From positions 24,028-88,027 of the forward strand of contig JASHUU010000051.1 of NCBI GenBank assembly GCA_030039795.1: DNA of 64,000 bases, given 5' to 3'. Within the stretch, counting starts at the first letter, position 1. Each line of letters opens with the position of its first letter. A program made the translations under genes and the position numbers. This stretch comes from Nitrososphaerales archaeon (GTDB taxonomy: Archaea > Thermoproteota > Nitrososphaeria > Nitrososphaerales > Gagatemarchaeaceae). Below the pieces are notes generated by a model. It saw only the letters and a program-made list of their open reading frames with translations. It made no database searches and was not told the DNA's origin. This document shows, one piece after another, positions 25,862 to 35,076 of this stretch.

Positions 25862-26110
25862 TCACTCGCTGATCTTCGGGACGCGAGGCTCGTCCGCCTG
25901 CTTGTCCACCAGCTCCACCCTGCGCTTGTCCTTCGAGACCCACCTTATGCTGACGAGCCCGAGGATCTCGAGCTGCATCAGCAGCTTGTCCAGCTCGTCA
26001 GGGGAGCACCGGGTGCCGTTCTTGTTCAGGACCTCAAGTAGCTCGTCGTCCGTGCCGCTCTTCTTCTGCTGGAGCCATTCGTAAGCCGCGTACCTTAATG
26101 GATATCTCAC
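25862..26110 (-). CDS. Small (82 aa) hypothetical protein, possibly wHTH-like
   Basis: ORF only. The LDKLLMQLEILGLVSIRW segment suggests a winged-helix wing. Confidence 0.4.
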   Translation of the reverse strand: MRYPLRYAAYEWLQQKKSGTDDELLEVLNKNGTRCSPDELDKLLMQLEILGLVSIRWVSKDKRRVELVDKQADEPRVPKISE

Positions 26111-26189
26111 GGGTTCGCACTGCCTCAGAAACGTCGGTCCCGCAACGCCGGCATGCTATAAAAGGTATCCCGAGGGCCGGCCCGTCGTG

Positions 26190-26477
26190 TCACTGGGGCG
26201 GTAGCCTGCTTGACATCCGGCTGACGCCGATGAGCTCGTACCCCCCTACCAGGGGCGCGGTCGACACCGACTGCTCAACCTTGTCCACCACTCCGTCCTC
26301 TTCGGGAGTCTCGACGTCGATGATCAGCGCAGACAGTCCGAAGGCTATCGGCTCGACCCTCTGGCTCCTCACCCTTGCTCCGGCCGGGAGAGACTTCGAG
26401 ACCGACTCCACGATCTTCTCGTGCGCCGTTGAAGTGTCCTCCGGGAGGACCTTGAGCCTTATGACGTAGGAGCCCAT
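26190..26477 (-). CDS. Translation elongation factor aEF-1 beta
   Basis: At 95 aa, it begins with MGSYVIRLKVLPED and includes EPIAFGLSALIIDV, and it is followed by the usual zinc-finger neighbour. Confidence 0.85.
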   Translation of the reverse strand: MGSYVIRLKVLPEDTSTAHEKIVESVSKSLPAGARVRSQRVEPIAFGLSALIIDVETPEEDGVVDKVEQSVSTAPLVGGYELIGVSRMSSRLPPQ

Positions 26478-26486
26478 CTGATCCGC

Positions 26487-26699
26487 CTACGGGCCTTCGA
26501 AACCGCAGTTGGTGCATTTGTAGTGCCGGGAGAACTTCCTGCACTTTTCGCAACGCCAGATGAGGGTCTCGTGGCAGTTGGGGCAGCTGAACTTCGCGGC
26601 CCTCTCGCCGGGCTTCACCGGTCGCCCGCATGAGTTGCACAGTGGCAGGGATACGGTGGTCTGCTCCATTTCTGGGTCGCCCCTTGGCTCCCCGCTCAT
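26487..26699 (-). CDS. Zinc-finger protein (DUF1610-type, four CxxC)
   Basis: Contains CNSCGRP...CPNCHETLIWRCEKCRKF...CTNCGFEGP. The position upstream of aEF-1beta is conserved in archaea. Confidence 0.65.
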   Translation of the reverse strand: MSGEPRGDPEMEQTTVSLPLCNSCGRPVKPGERAAKFSCPNCHETLIWRCEKCRKFSRHYKCTNCGFEGP

Positions 26700-26715
26700 A
26701 TAGATTGCTGACGCG

Positions 26716-27873
26716 TCAAGGACTCGGGTCGCGTTGGATGAGCGACCTCACCTCCGCCGAGCCCACGACCCTCGCCATCCTCAGCACGCCGGAGAGCCCC
26801 AGGGCGCCGAGGAGAGCCGACGCGTGGAAGTCGAAGTCCGACTGCGAGACCCTCGCGACGACCCTGGGGGTCGCCAGCATCTCTATCACCGACTCCATGT
26901 CGCGGTTGGAGAGCTTCTCGAAGACCCCGCGAACCCTCGCCATCGTGCTCATCTCCTTGCGGAAGACGGCATCCCACTCCCTCTGATAGTTGCCGAGCAG
27001 CGAAGGGTCGTCGCGTCGAACGCCCTCGCAAGCCCAGCGCGCCGCGCTGACCGCGCCTGCGACCGACGTCATGATGCCTCCTGCTGTCGTAGGCTTGACC
27101 TGGCCGGCAGACTCGCCCACGAATATGACCCGATGGTCGACGAACCTTCCCTTGGGGCCGCCGACGTAGATTGGCGCGGACACCCTCTTCAGTATCGTCG
27201 TCTGCTTCCCCGCGATGATCGCATCCAAGGCCCTGAAGGGGTTGATTCCCCGCCCGGCGGCGCCTACCTTGGCGCGGTGGCCGCCCGACGGGATGACCCA
27301 TGCGAAGAACCCAGGGTAGAGGTCTGCGTCAAGATAGACGTCCACGAGCCTCTGGCTTACCCAGTCGCCCTCCAGTTCGTACTTCGCCGCGGGCAGTATC
27401 CCGTCTCTCAGGGCAGGCGAGGGCCCGGTCGCGTCGACGTAGTACTTGCACTCCATGGACTCATCCCCCACTCTCACTGTCACGGCTTCCTGCGACTGGA
27501 GCGCCCCGTCGACGCGCGCGCCGGTCCTCACCGTCGCCCCGGCAGACTCGGCCTGGCGGGCGACCTGCTTGTCGTAAGCGCTCCTGTCGAGCACGACCAC
27601 TTCCAGGGCGGACGCGCTGACGGCGAAGCGCTTCCCTCCGGGGGAGTGGACTACTGCAGCCATGATCTGGTTCTGGATGACCTCTGGACGCGGCAGGTAA
27701 CCGAAGCGCCTCAGACCGCGCAGGCTGACCAGACCATCGCACTTCTCCGGCTCGCCGATCTCCTCGTGCTCCTCGACCACGAGGACTGAGGCGCCACGGC
27801 CGGCGGCCTCCGCGGCGAAGGTGAGTCCCGCGATGCTGCCTCCCCCGACGACGAAGTCGAAGCTCCGGGCCAC
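26716..27873 (-). CDS. Geranylgeranyl reductase-family FAD oxidoreductase
   Basis: Contains FDFVVGGGSIAGLTFAAEAAGRGASVLVVEE and EKCDGLVS, and the size of 385 aa fits the family. Confidence 0.8.
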   Translation of the reverse strand: MARSFDFVVGGGSIAGLTFAAEAAGRGASVLVVEEHEEIGEPEKCDGLVSLRGLRRFGYLPRPEVIQNQIMAAVVHSPGGKRFAVSASALEVVVLDRSAYDKQVARQAESAGATVRTGARVDGALQSQEAVTVRVGDESMECKYYVDATGPSPALRDGILPAAKYELEGDWVSQRLVDVYLDADLYPGFFAWVIPSGGHRAKVGAAGRGINPFRALDAIIAGKQTTILKRVSAPIYVGGPKGRFVDHRVIFVGESAGQVKPTTAGGIMTSVAGAVSAARWACEGVRRDDPSLLGNYQREWDAVFRKEMSTMARVRGVFEKLSNRDMESVIEMLATPRVVARVSQSDFDFHASALLGALGLSGVLRMARVVGSAEVRSLIQRDPSP

Positions 27874-27935
27874 CGCTCTACAGAACCTCGCTGTAAAGGC
27901 TTAATCGCACTCGTAATAACCATTCAAACAATCTC

Positions 27936-28280
27936 GTGAAGCAGGCAATCGTCGTGAGGACCGACGTCAAGATGGGCAAGGGGAAGCTCGCGGCGCAGGT
28001 CGCTCATGCCTCTCTTGCGGCCGCCGAGGAGGCGGCGAGGCGCCCAGATTGGTACTCTGAGTGGAAGGAGGGCGGCCAGGCGAAGATTGTGCTCAAGGTC
28101 AGCTCCGAGGACGAGCTTCAGGGCCTCTACCAGACGGCCAGGGCGGAGCGGCTGCCCGCGGCCCTCATCAGGGACAGAGGTCTCACCCAGCTGGAGCCCG
28201 GGACAGTCACCTGTCTGGGGATTGGGCCGGCGCCAGAAGACAAGATAGACAGTGTGACCGGACGACTCAAGCTCCTATGA
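27936..28280 (+). CDS. pth2: Peptidyl-tRNA hydrolase, archaeal type
   Basis: Contains VVRTDVKMGKGKLAAQVAHASL and GLTQLEPGTVTCLGIGP. Confidence 0.9.
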   Translation: MKQAIVVRTDVKMGKGKLAAQVAHASLAAAEEAARRPDWYSEWKEGGQAKIVLKVSSEDELQGLYQTARAERLPAALIRDRGLTQLEPGTVTCLGIGPAPEDKIDSVTGRLKLL

Positions 28281-29530
28281 GAGCCGCTCCCGACTGGGAG
28301 AGGGCGATGGGGATAGAGGTCTACGCGAGCGAGAGCCCTCCTTGCGGCGGGAGAGCGAAGGTCTTGGACGGGGACTTCGTAGTCGAAGAGTCTGCGTCGT
28401 TGTCCGGGCTGACCCAGGAGCCGGCGCCCGGCTACTACCCTCTGTACCGGGTGGAGAAGCGCTCCATAGACACCCTCCACCTCGAGGCGGAGCTCGCGCG
28501 GGCTCTCGGGAGTAGGGTCAGCTACGGGGGCCTGAAGGACAAGAGGGCTGTGGCCGTCCAGTACTTCACGGCCACCGGTAGGAGCCCCCGCAAGCGAGAG
28601 GCGGTGGAGGGCCGGAACTTCCGCGCGACGCTCGTCGGGTACGTCCCCAAGCCCATCGCGCGTGGGTCAGTCATCGGGAACAGGTTCGGCATCACCCTGA
28701 GGGGATGCGGCCCCGCCACAGCCTCGGCCGTGGAGGAGGTCTTTGGGCTTGCAGAGAAGAGGCTGCTGCCCAACTTCTTCGGCCACCAGCGGTTCGGGGT
28801 GCGTGGGGCCAGGACGTCTGACGTAGGCAGGGCGATGGTCAGGGAAGAGTTCGAAGAGGCGACGAGGCTGGTCCTCTGCGGGTGGCGCGGAGAGGAGGGT
28901 GGTGAAGGGGCGGCCGCCCGGGAGGCGTTCGCAGACGGCAGGTATGGTGAGGGCGTGGCCTTGCTGGGCCCCGGACAAGACACGGAGCGGGCGGTGGCCG
29001 CCAGCCTGGCGAAGGACCCCCTGGACCACGTAGGAGCCCTAAGGGCCATCCCAATCAGGCTCAGGAAGCTCTTCGTCCACGCCTACCAGTCTCTTCTCTT
29101 CAACAGGGCCATCAGCCTCGCCCTTGGGCGAGGCCTGGACATCTCGGCGTATCAGTCGGGAGACAACTGGGCGGACGGAGTTGGAGGGAGAATCCACGGA
29201 GTCAAGGAGCCTGCGCCGGACGGCGCGGTCCCCGTCGCACAGATACCAGGGTACGCCTACAGGGACTACGGCTCGAGGTTCGACGCCCTGGTCAGCGAAG
29301 TACTCTCTTCAGACGGGTCGAGAGCAGGCGACTTCTACGTCAAGCGGATGCAGGAGGTCTCGGCGGAGGGCGGGTTCAGGGTCCCTCACCTCGTGGCGTC
29401 CGATCTCTCCTCCGAGTTCGATGGGAGGGACGCCGTGCTCCGCTTCGCCCTGGCGAGGGGTCAGTATGCGACCGTCATCCTCCGCGAGGTCATGAAGCCT
29501 GGCGACCCTAGAGAGCTCGGGGTCTCTTAG
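28277..29530 (+). CDS. truD: tRNA pseudouridine synthase TruD/Pus7
   Basis: Contains YGGLKDKRAV, NFFGHQRFG and FRVPHLV. The ATG overlaps the pth2 stop (ATGA). Confidence 0.8.
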   Translation: MRAAPDWERAMGIEVYASESPPCGGRAKVLDGDFVVEESASLSGLTQEPAPGYYPLYRVEKRSIDTLHLEAELARALGSRVSYGGLKDKRAVAVQYFTATGRSPRKREAVEGRNFRATLVGYVPKPIARGSVIGNRFGITLRGCGPATASAVEEVFGLAEKRLLPNFFGHQRFGVRGARTSDVGRAMVREEFEEATRLVLCGWRGEEGGEGAAAREAFADGRYGEGVALLGPGQDTERAVAASLAKDPLDHVGALRAIPIRLRKLFVHAYQSLLFNRAISLALGRGLDISAYQSGDNWADGVGGRIHGVKEPAPDGAVPVAQIPGYAYRDYGSRFDALVSEVLSSDGSRAGDFYVKRMQEVSAEGGFRVPHLVASDLSSEFDGRDAVLRFALARGQYATVILREVMKPGDPRELGVS

Positions 29531-29831
29531 GCGTCGTCCCACTCGTTCCATGAGTTTGTGCCTGCCTGACCTTCCATGGACCGCGGCATTCGGCGTGTGT
29601 TCCTGTGAGGGACTAAGTGGACACGACCGGAGGGCAGGTAAGCCTGTCGAAGTGTCTGAGGTGACTGGAAGCGGTGCGAGCCTCGATGCGCGTGCATTAG
29701 CGACAACCGCAACGCTTTCCAGTTCGCTTCAACCTGAAGGCGTGCGAGAACCGCTAGTAAAGCCGGTTCTGTCGTTTATACAGGTGCGCACGCGTGTCCT
29801 CAGGTGGCACTATTCAGTTTGCTGGCTCTTC

Positions 29832-30854
29832 CTAGTGTGACGCGACACAATTCGCAGATATGAAGGATTCCGTGAACTCACCAAGAGCGGAGATAACTCC
29901 GCTGTACGCGTTGGTCACGCTGGTCCACGTCTGCCCGCCGCACCTGCTCCGCATGGAGTAGTCGTTGTAGTGGTAAGGAGAAGACTGGCTGAGGACTACC
30001 AGTCCTGCGGGGGCGTAGTAGTAGAGACCTATTATTGTCGTCGGATTGAAGGAGGAGATGGAATCCAGCCCGGCGTCCTCTCCTATGTACTGCGCGAAGT
30101 ACGGGACGTCCGATGGCGAGTTTTCCCCATCTAGCTTGTAAGAGATATCCCCGAGCCCCGAGCAGCCCCTTCCAGTCGTGGAGTCATACACTGAAAGTGC
30201 CCAGTCTGAGAGACTTCCGCCCACTAATGCGTCGTTGGTTATCTGTACCTCCACGTAATCGCCGGCGTTGGCTCTCAAGCATGTCACATAAGGAGAGGGA
30301 AGCAACTCATACCAGAGAAAATAGGTTGGCGCGCCGTTTAGGTTTGAGTCATTGACGCTTATGTCGCTGTCTGAGCCGGCCTGAATCAAGTCAAGCGGAC
30401 CGACGCCGCCGGCCGAGTTAGACATCCCAGTCCAGACGGAGAAGTCGCAGCCCCAATACGGCGGCGAGGGTGCGTCGTTTCTACATGTCTGGCCGGGCGG
30501 AATAGATGCTGTTGGCACGAGCCATGCCGCAGAGGTCTCGTAGACTTCCTTGTGAGCTCCAGATGCGAGGACATAAGCCTCGTACCCAGTCCAGTTGGTC
30601 GTAACAATCAACTGTGGGTCGCTGGTGTACACGACCCCGGCGTCAATCCAGCTCGTCGGCTCCACGCTGTCACTCATGGGGAAGGTCGTAGGGGAACTCC
30701 CATTCGTGGAGTACTCGGAAGCCTGGAGGAAATCGCTGTGCCCTAGGTTCTCGGTGTAGTTCGCCCCGGCGGTGGAAGACCCCGAACCTGGCGTCGCATA
30801 GTCCACTCCCACCGCGATATAGTCGTATGTGGTCGAGTCTGGTGCAAAGGACAC
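29832..30854 (-). CDS. Peptidase family G1 (eqolisin, glutamic peptidase)-like protein
   Basis: TNWTGYEA, VWTGMSN...LIQAGSDS, FLWYELLPSP and AQYIGED parallel SNWGGA, AWVGIDG...ILQTG, AWYEWYP and AEFIIED of scytalidoglutamic peptidase (recalled from memory). The Gln/Glu dyad positions are conserved. It has a GTG start, no signal peptide, and lower G+C than the surrounding genes. Confidence 0.55.
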   Translation of the reverse strand: MSFAPDSTTYDYIAVGVDYATPGSGSSTAGANYTENLGHSDFLQASEYSTNGSSPTTFPMSDSVEPTSWIDAGVVYTSDPQLIVTTNWTGYEAYVLASGAHKEVYETSAAWLVPTASIPPGQTCRNDAPSPPYWGCDFSVWTGMSNSAGGVGPLDLIQAGSDSDISVNDSNLNGAPTYFLWYELLPSPYVTCLRANAGDYVEVQITNDALVGGSLSDWALSVYDSTTGRGCSGLGDISYKLDGENSPSDVPYFAQYIGEDAGLDSISSFNPTTIIGLYYYAPAGLVVLSQSSPYHYNDYSMRSRCGGQTWTSVTNAYSGVISALGEFTESFISANCVASH

Positions 30855-30880
30855 GGCGGAGGAGGGACTAATGGTGACAG

Positions 30881-31297
30881 CTAGGGTTCCTTGCCAGTAA
30901 ACCAGATTAGATTATCACCTTTGCATGCGAACTCCGCAAAGGTGTAGTCCGACTTGTTCCAACCGGCCTGATACCACACGAAGTGGTAATCGAAGACCCC
31001 TCCGCAGCCTAGGAAGTAGAACGACGGGGAGACGACAGCCGTTCCAAGCCCGTAGCCGGCCCTAGAGTCGGCATCTGACGACCTTATAGGCACGAGCGGT
31101 GCAAAAGCGAACATCAGGGGCGCGACAGTCGCAACTGCGACTAAGACAGCAAAAAAGGTCTTTCGCTTCACTGTGCGAAGTGGGACGCCGAGTCTACTAA
31201 GGGTTTCTACACCAGGCTCGGGCCTGCTTCCTTGATGGAGCGTAGACAGGAGCGCTTCCGACATGGGGCGGGCTATCAACGGCAACTGGGGACTCAT
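30881..31297 (-). CDS. Signal-anchored or secreted small protein
   Basis: KRKTFFAVLVAVATVAPLMFAFAP is a signal-like segment, followed by a Cys-containing domain of about 70 aa. The ORF ends 26 nt before the G1 peptidase ORF, in a different frame. Confidence 0.45.
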   Translation of the reverse strand: MSPQLPLIARPMSEALLSTLHQGSRPEPGVETLSRLGVPLRTVKRKTFFAVLVAVATVAPLMFAFAPLVPIRSSDADSRAGYGLGTAVVSPSFYFLGCGGVFDYHFVWYQAGWNKSDYTFAEFACKGDNLIWFTGKEP

Positions 31298-31367
31298 CGG
31301 CGACGCGCGAGAACTCTCCTAGCGCGAGAACGCTTATACGCGGTTTGCAGATGGGCAGACCGAAACG

Positions 31368-32363
31368 ATGTCCGAGGACGTCTTCGACATCACAATAATC
31401 GGCGCTGGACCCTCCGGGCTGTTTGCCGCCTTCTACGCCGGCCTGCGGCAGATGAAGACCAAGATAATCGACGCGTTAGAGCAGCCCGGCGGCCAGGTGG
31501 CCGTGCTGTACCCAGAGAAGTACATATTCGACGTCCCGGGTTTCTACAAGATACTCGCCAAGGACCTCGTAAAGGAGCTCGTGCAGCAGGCGTTCCAGTA
31601 CAGCCCGACCGTGGTCCTCGGAGAGAGGGTCGTCACGCTCCGGAGGGTCGACGGCGTGATAGAGCTAGGCACGGACAAGGGCACCAAGCACCTCAGCAAG
31701 TCTGTGCTCGTGGCGGCGGGCGTGGGGGCGTTCTCTCCCAACAAGCTGGAGGCGCAGGGCGCGGGCGACTACGAAGGAAAGGGGGTGTACTACTTCGTCA
31801 AGGACAAGAGCGCGTTCAAGGACAAGAGGCTGCTCATAGTGGGGGGCGGCGACTCGGCGGTGGACTGGGCCCTCAACATAAAGGACATCGCCCAGAAGAT
31901 CACCCTGGTGCACAGGCGTGACGTCTTCAGGGCGCACGAGGGGAGCGTGACAGAGCTGATGAAGTCTAGCGTGGAGGTCAAGCTTTTCCACGAAGTCAAG
32001 AGCGTGTCCGGGGACGGGTCGAAGGTTACCAAGGTGGTCGTCTTCGACAACAGGACCCAGGCGGAGTCGACCCTAGACGTAGACGCGGTCCTGGTCAACA
32101 TAGGCTTCAGGGCCGACCTCGGTCCGATAAAGGACTGGGGCCTGCAGATTGACGGCAGGGAGATAGTGTCCAACGGGAAGATGGAGACGAACATCCAGGG
32201 GGTGTACGTGGCAGGCGACATCGCGGGGCCTGCGGACGGCGTGAAGCTCAACCTGATAGCTACCGGTTACGCCCAGGCGGCACTCGCGGTCAACGTCGCA
32301 AAGGCGTTCGTGGACCCGAGCTCCAAGATATTCCCAGGCCACAGCAGCGAAATGAAAAGGTAA
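31368..32363 (+). CDS. Thioredoxin-reductase-like ferredoxin-NADP+ oxidoreductase (YumC type)
   Basis: Contains FDITIIGAGPSGLFAAFYAG, IVGGGDSAVDWA and VYVAGDI, and lacks the CxxC redox motif. Confidence 0.8.
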   Translation: MSEDVFDITIIGAGPSGLFAAFYAGLRQMKTKIIDALEQPGGQVAVLYPEKYIFDVPGFYKILAKDLVKELVQQAFQYSPTVVLGERVVTLRRVDGVIELGTDKGTKHLSKSVLVAAGVGAFSPNKLEAQGAGDYEGKGVYYFVKDKSAFKDKRLLIVGGGDSAVDWALNIKDIAQKITLVHRRDVFRAHEGSVTELMKSSVEVKLFHEVKSVSGDGSKVTKVVVFDNRTQAESTLDVDAVLVNIGFRADLGPIKDWGLQIDGREIVSNGKMETNIQGVYVAGDIAGPADGVKLNLIATGYAQAALAVNVAKAFVDPSSKIFPGHSSEMKR

Positions 32364-32366
32364 GGC

Positions 32367-32828
32367 TCAGCCCGTCGTCCCGAGCGCCCTGCGGTAGTCG
32401 TAGTCCTTCTTTATCGAGGCGCGCTCAGGGTCCACGAGTATGCACTCGAACCACGCATGGATCCCGTCCTTCCATACAGGGTAAGACCCCATCAGCACCA
32501 TGTTGGGGTGCCGTTCCGACACCCTCCTCTCGGCCACCTGCTGGGCCGAAACGTCCGACTTCATCTTCAGGACGCCCATGTGCTTCGGCCTGCGCCCGGA
32601 CGTGGGCCTCTGCTTCCTCATCCCCCCTCTGGAGACGCGCATTCTGACCACCACGACCCCTTCCTTTGCCTTGTACCCGAGGGCCCTTGCCCTGTCGAGG
32701 CGCCACGGCCGTTCGACCCTCAGCATCGCAGGCTCCTTCCTGAGCTGGACCGCCCTGGCCCTGATGTCGCCCTTCTTCTCGTGGAAGATGCCTTGCCATG
32801 TCTTCGAGATGTGGCGGTACGCGGACAT
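32367..32828 (-). CDS. rpl15e: Ribosomal protein eL15
   Basis: Contains MSAYRHISKTWQ...RLDRARALGYKAKEGVVVVRMRVSRGG. Confidence 0.9.
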   Translation of the reverse strand: MSAYRHISKTWQGIFHEKKGDIRARAVQLRKEPAMLRVERPWRLDRARALGYKAKEGVVVVRMRVSRGGMRKQRPTSGRRPKHMGVLKMKSDVSAQQVAERRVSERHPNMVLMGSYPVWKDGIHAWFECILVDPERASIKKDYDYRRALGTTG

Positions 32829-32867
32829 CGAAAAACGCTCGGCGACAGTCGGCAGATAAACGTTAGG

Positions 32868-33776
32868 TCAGCCTTTCGCGAAGAAGTCGGAGACCTTCTC
32901 TGTAATCACCCTCGCCGCGTCGGTCTGAGCCTCCGCGGTCTGGCCGCCTATGTGGGGGGTCAGGATCACGTTCGGGGCCGTGAGTATCGCCCCCGTGGGC
33001 GGCTCCTTCTCGAAGACGTCAAGAGCGGCCCCCGCGAGCCTCCCTTCCTTTAGGGCCGAAGCCAGACTCTCCTCGTCCACGACCTCGCCCCTCGACGTGT
33101 TAACGAGGAACGCGCTCCCTTTCATCTCAGAGAGCCTCCGCTCGTCTACCATGTGCTTGGTCTCTGCGGTCATGGGGACGTGGAGGGTGATGAAGTCGGA
33201 GGACCGGAATATCTCGTCAAGGCCCACTATCCGCAGCTCGAGCCTGGCTACCACGTCTGGCGGGATGGGAACCACGTCGTAGGCGAGGACTGACATGCCC
33301 ATCACCTTGGCTATCTCCGCGATTCTCCGGCCGATCCTTCCCAGGCCGACTATCCCGAGGGCCTTCCCCTTCAACTCCGATCCGACGAGCGAGTTCTTCT
33401 CCCACCGGCCCGCCTTCGTCGACTCGTCGGCCGGGACCAGCCTCCTCGCCATGGCCAACATGAGTAGCAGGACGTGCTCGGAGACCGCCTCGACCAAGGA
33501 CTCCGGGCTGTTGACCACGGCCACGCCCTTGGCGTGCGCGTACTCCACGTCGACGTTGTCCAGGCCCGTCCCCTGGCGGGCCACCAGCCTGAGGTTCGAA
33601 GCCTTGTCGAGGACCTCTCTGTCCACCTTTGTCCTGGACCTGACGACTAGAGCTTCGTATCCGCCTACGACCTGGAGGAGCTCCTCCCTGGCGATCGTGG
33701 GCCGGTAGTCCACGTCAGTCCCCCGAATCGACGGGCGCCCCGCCTCCATCTGGTCGCAGACCAGCACCCTTACCAC
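32868..33776 (-). CDS. D-isomer-specific 2-hydroxyacid dehydrogenase (phosphoglycerate dehydrogenase-like)
   Basis: Contains GIVGLGRIGRRIA and TPHIGGQT. The GTG start (VRVLVCD) gives 302 aa and overlaps the 3' end of the upstream gene by about 60 nt. Confidence 0.8.
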   Translation of the reverse strand: MVRVLVCDQMEAGRPSIRGTDVDYRPTIAREELLQVVGGYEALVVRSRTKVDREVLDKASNLRLVARQGTGLDNVDVEYAHAKGVAVVNSPESLVEAVSEHVLLLMLAMARRLVPADESTKAGRWEKNSLVGSELKGKALGIVGLGRIGRRIAEIAKVMGMSVLAYDVVPIPPDVVARLELRIVGLDEIFRSSDFITLHVPMTAETKHMVDERRLSEMKGSAFLVNTSRGEVVDEESLASALKEGRLAGAALDVFEKEPPTGAILTAPNVILTPHIGGQTAEAQTDAARVITEKVSDFFAKG

Positions 33777-35025
33777 CGACCCCACGCCTCCATGCGATTC
33801 CCTGCCTAGCCGCCTGAAGCAGGAGCGATATATCGGTTGATTCGCCCAGGTCCGCGTAGGCGAGAGACGAGAGGCTGACGGACTGGGAAGCCAGGAGCGA
33901 CAGCGGCGGCGAGAGAGACGGCAAGGACGCCCCCGCCATCTGGGCTCCCAACAACCTCCCGGAGCAGGAATCGTAGACGAGCGAGCACGTGGAGCCATCC
34001 CGTGACACGGTCGACTCCACCGCGTCGAGGCCCAAGTGGCGCGCCTGGGACAGGCTCAGGCCCGCGCATGCGAGACCGACGCCGAACACCCTGGCACCGA
34101 AGGAGCCCACTGGCCTGAAGGTGAGGAACCGCCCGGCGGCGTTCGCGCCGGCTACGCGGCTCGAAGGGGCGCAAGAGTAGTGGAGCGACAGAGTTCGAGT
34201 AGCCGAAGCTGCAGAGACACCCGCCAACTCGGCGCAGCCTCCCGCGGCGTAGCAGTCTCTGATGGAGGACTCCATGCTGGCACCTACCAGCGCCCCTCCG
34301 CAGGGCCCCGTCCGAAGGTCGCCCGCAGGGAGGCTCGGGACTAGAGAGGGTACCACCACGAGGGCGTCGCACGCGTGGACCTCGCCGTCGAGGACCACGG
34401 CCTCCACAGACTCTGTCCCGACCGCTTTCACGCTCTGCCCCGAGAAGAAGGAAGCCCCTCTCGCCTCGGCTGCCTTCCTAAGCACGAGGCTTGTGGAGGG
34501 GTCGAGCCTCGGGTCTGATCTGCCGTCAGGGCCGGCTACGCACACGGTCCTGCCGCCCTCCAGCAACGCGTCTGCCACGCGCAGGGCGCGGAGGCCCCGG
34601 CCGAGGACGACCGGTCGCTCCAAGGAGATCCTTTCCCTTGCAAGCCTCAGGCAGTCCTCGAACGTCGCCAGGACGAAGACTCCTCTCTTCGTGACGCCGG
34701 GGAAGGGGCGCATAAGAGCAGAAGAACCGCTGGCAAGCACCACGGAGTCGAAGGGGCGCGTGCCCGCGGCCGTGTACACGCGGCATCCGGAACCGACGGC
34801 GAGGACATTCACCCCAAAGACGGCTTCCACACCACGCGGGGCCGACGCCCTTGGGGACGGGGGCGCGGTCCTTGGGGACCGGATGAAGTCGGGCCAGTCG
34901 TCAGATGGAGGTGGAGCGGCCTCATGCCGCTCGAACAGCGTGACTTCCGCCCCGCAGTCGGACGCCTCGGCCGCGGCGGTGGAGCCCGCGGTCCCCCCTC
35001 CGACGACGCAGACCTTCACCATCAC
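33715..35025 (-). CDS. FAD/NAD(P)-dependent pyridine-nucleotide-disulfide-type oxidoreductase (divergent)
   Basis: Contains VCVVGGGTAGSTAAAEA and a second Rossmann-like motif VVLGRGLRALRVA. No redox-active Cys motif was recognised. Confidence 0.65.
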   Translation of the reverse strand: MMVKVCVVGGGTAGSTAAAEASDCGAEVTLFERHEAAPPPSDDWPDFIRSPRTAPPSPRASAPRGVEAVFGVNVLAVGSGCRVYTAAGTRPFDSVVLASGSSALMRPFPGVTKRGVFVLATFEDCLRLARERISLERPVVLGRGLRALRVADALLEGGRTVCVAGPDGRSDPRLDPSTSLVLRKAAEARGASFFSGQSVKAVGTESVEAVVLDGEVHACDALVVVPSLVPSLPAGDLRTGPCGGALVGASMESSIRDCYAAGGCAELAGVSAASATRTLSLHYSCAPSSRVAGANAAGRFLTFRPVGSFGARVFGVGLACAGLSLSQARHLGLDAVESTVSRDGSTCSLVYDSCSGRLLGAQMAGASLPSLSPPLSLLASQSVSLSSLAYADLGESTDISLLLQAARQGIAWRRGVGGKGAGLRPDGGGAPVDSGD

Positions 35026-35076
35026 GTGGTCCGACGGGCCGGATGGTTATAACGCACCAAGAAACGCGCAGGCGGC

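Noticed and set aside
29550-29830. Structured RNA in the ORF-free start of the first island (CCUGCC...GGCAGG long-range pairing)
   Set aside because: Only one 6-bp helix could be found by eye and no known RNA family motif was recognised. It is kept only as part of the island description.
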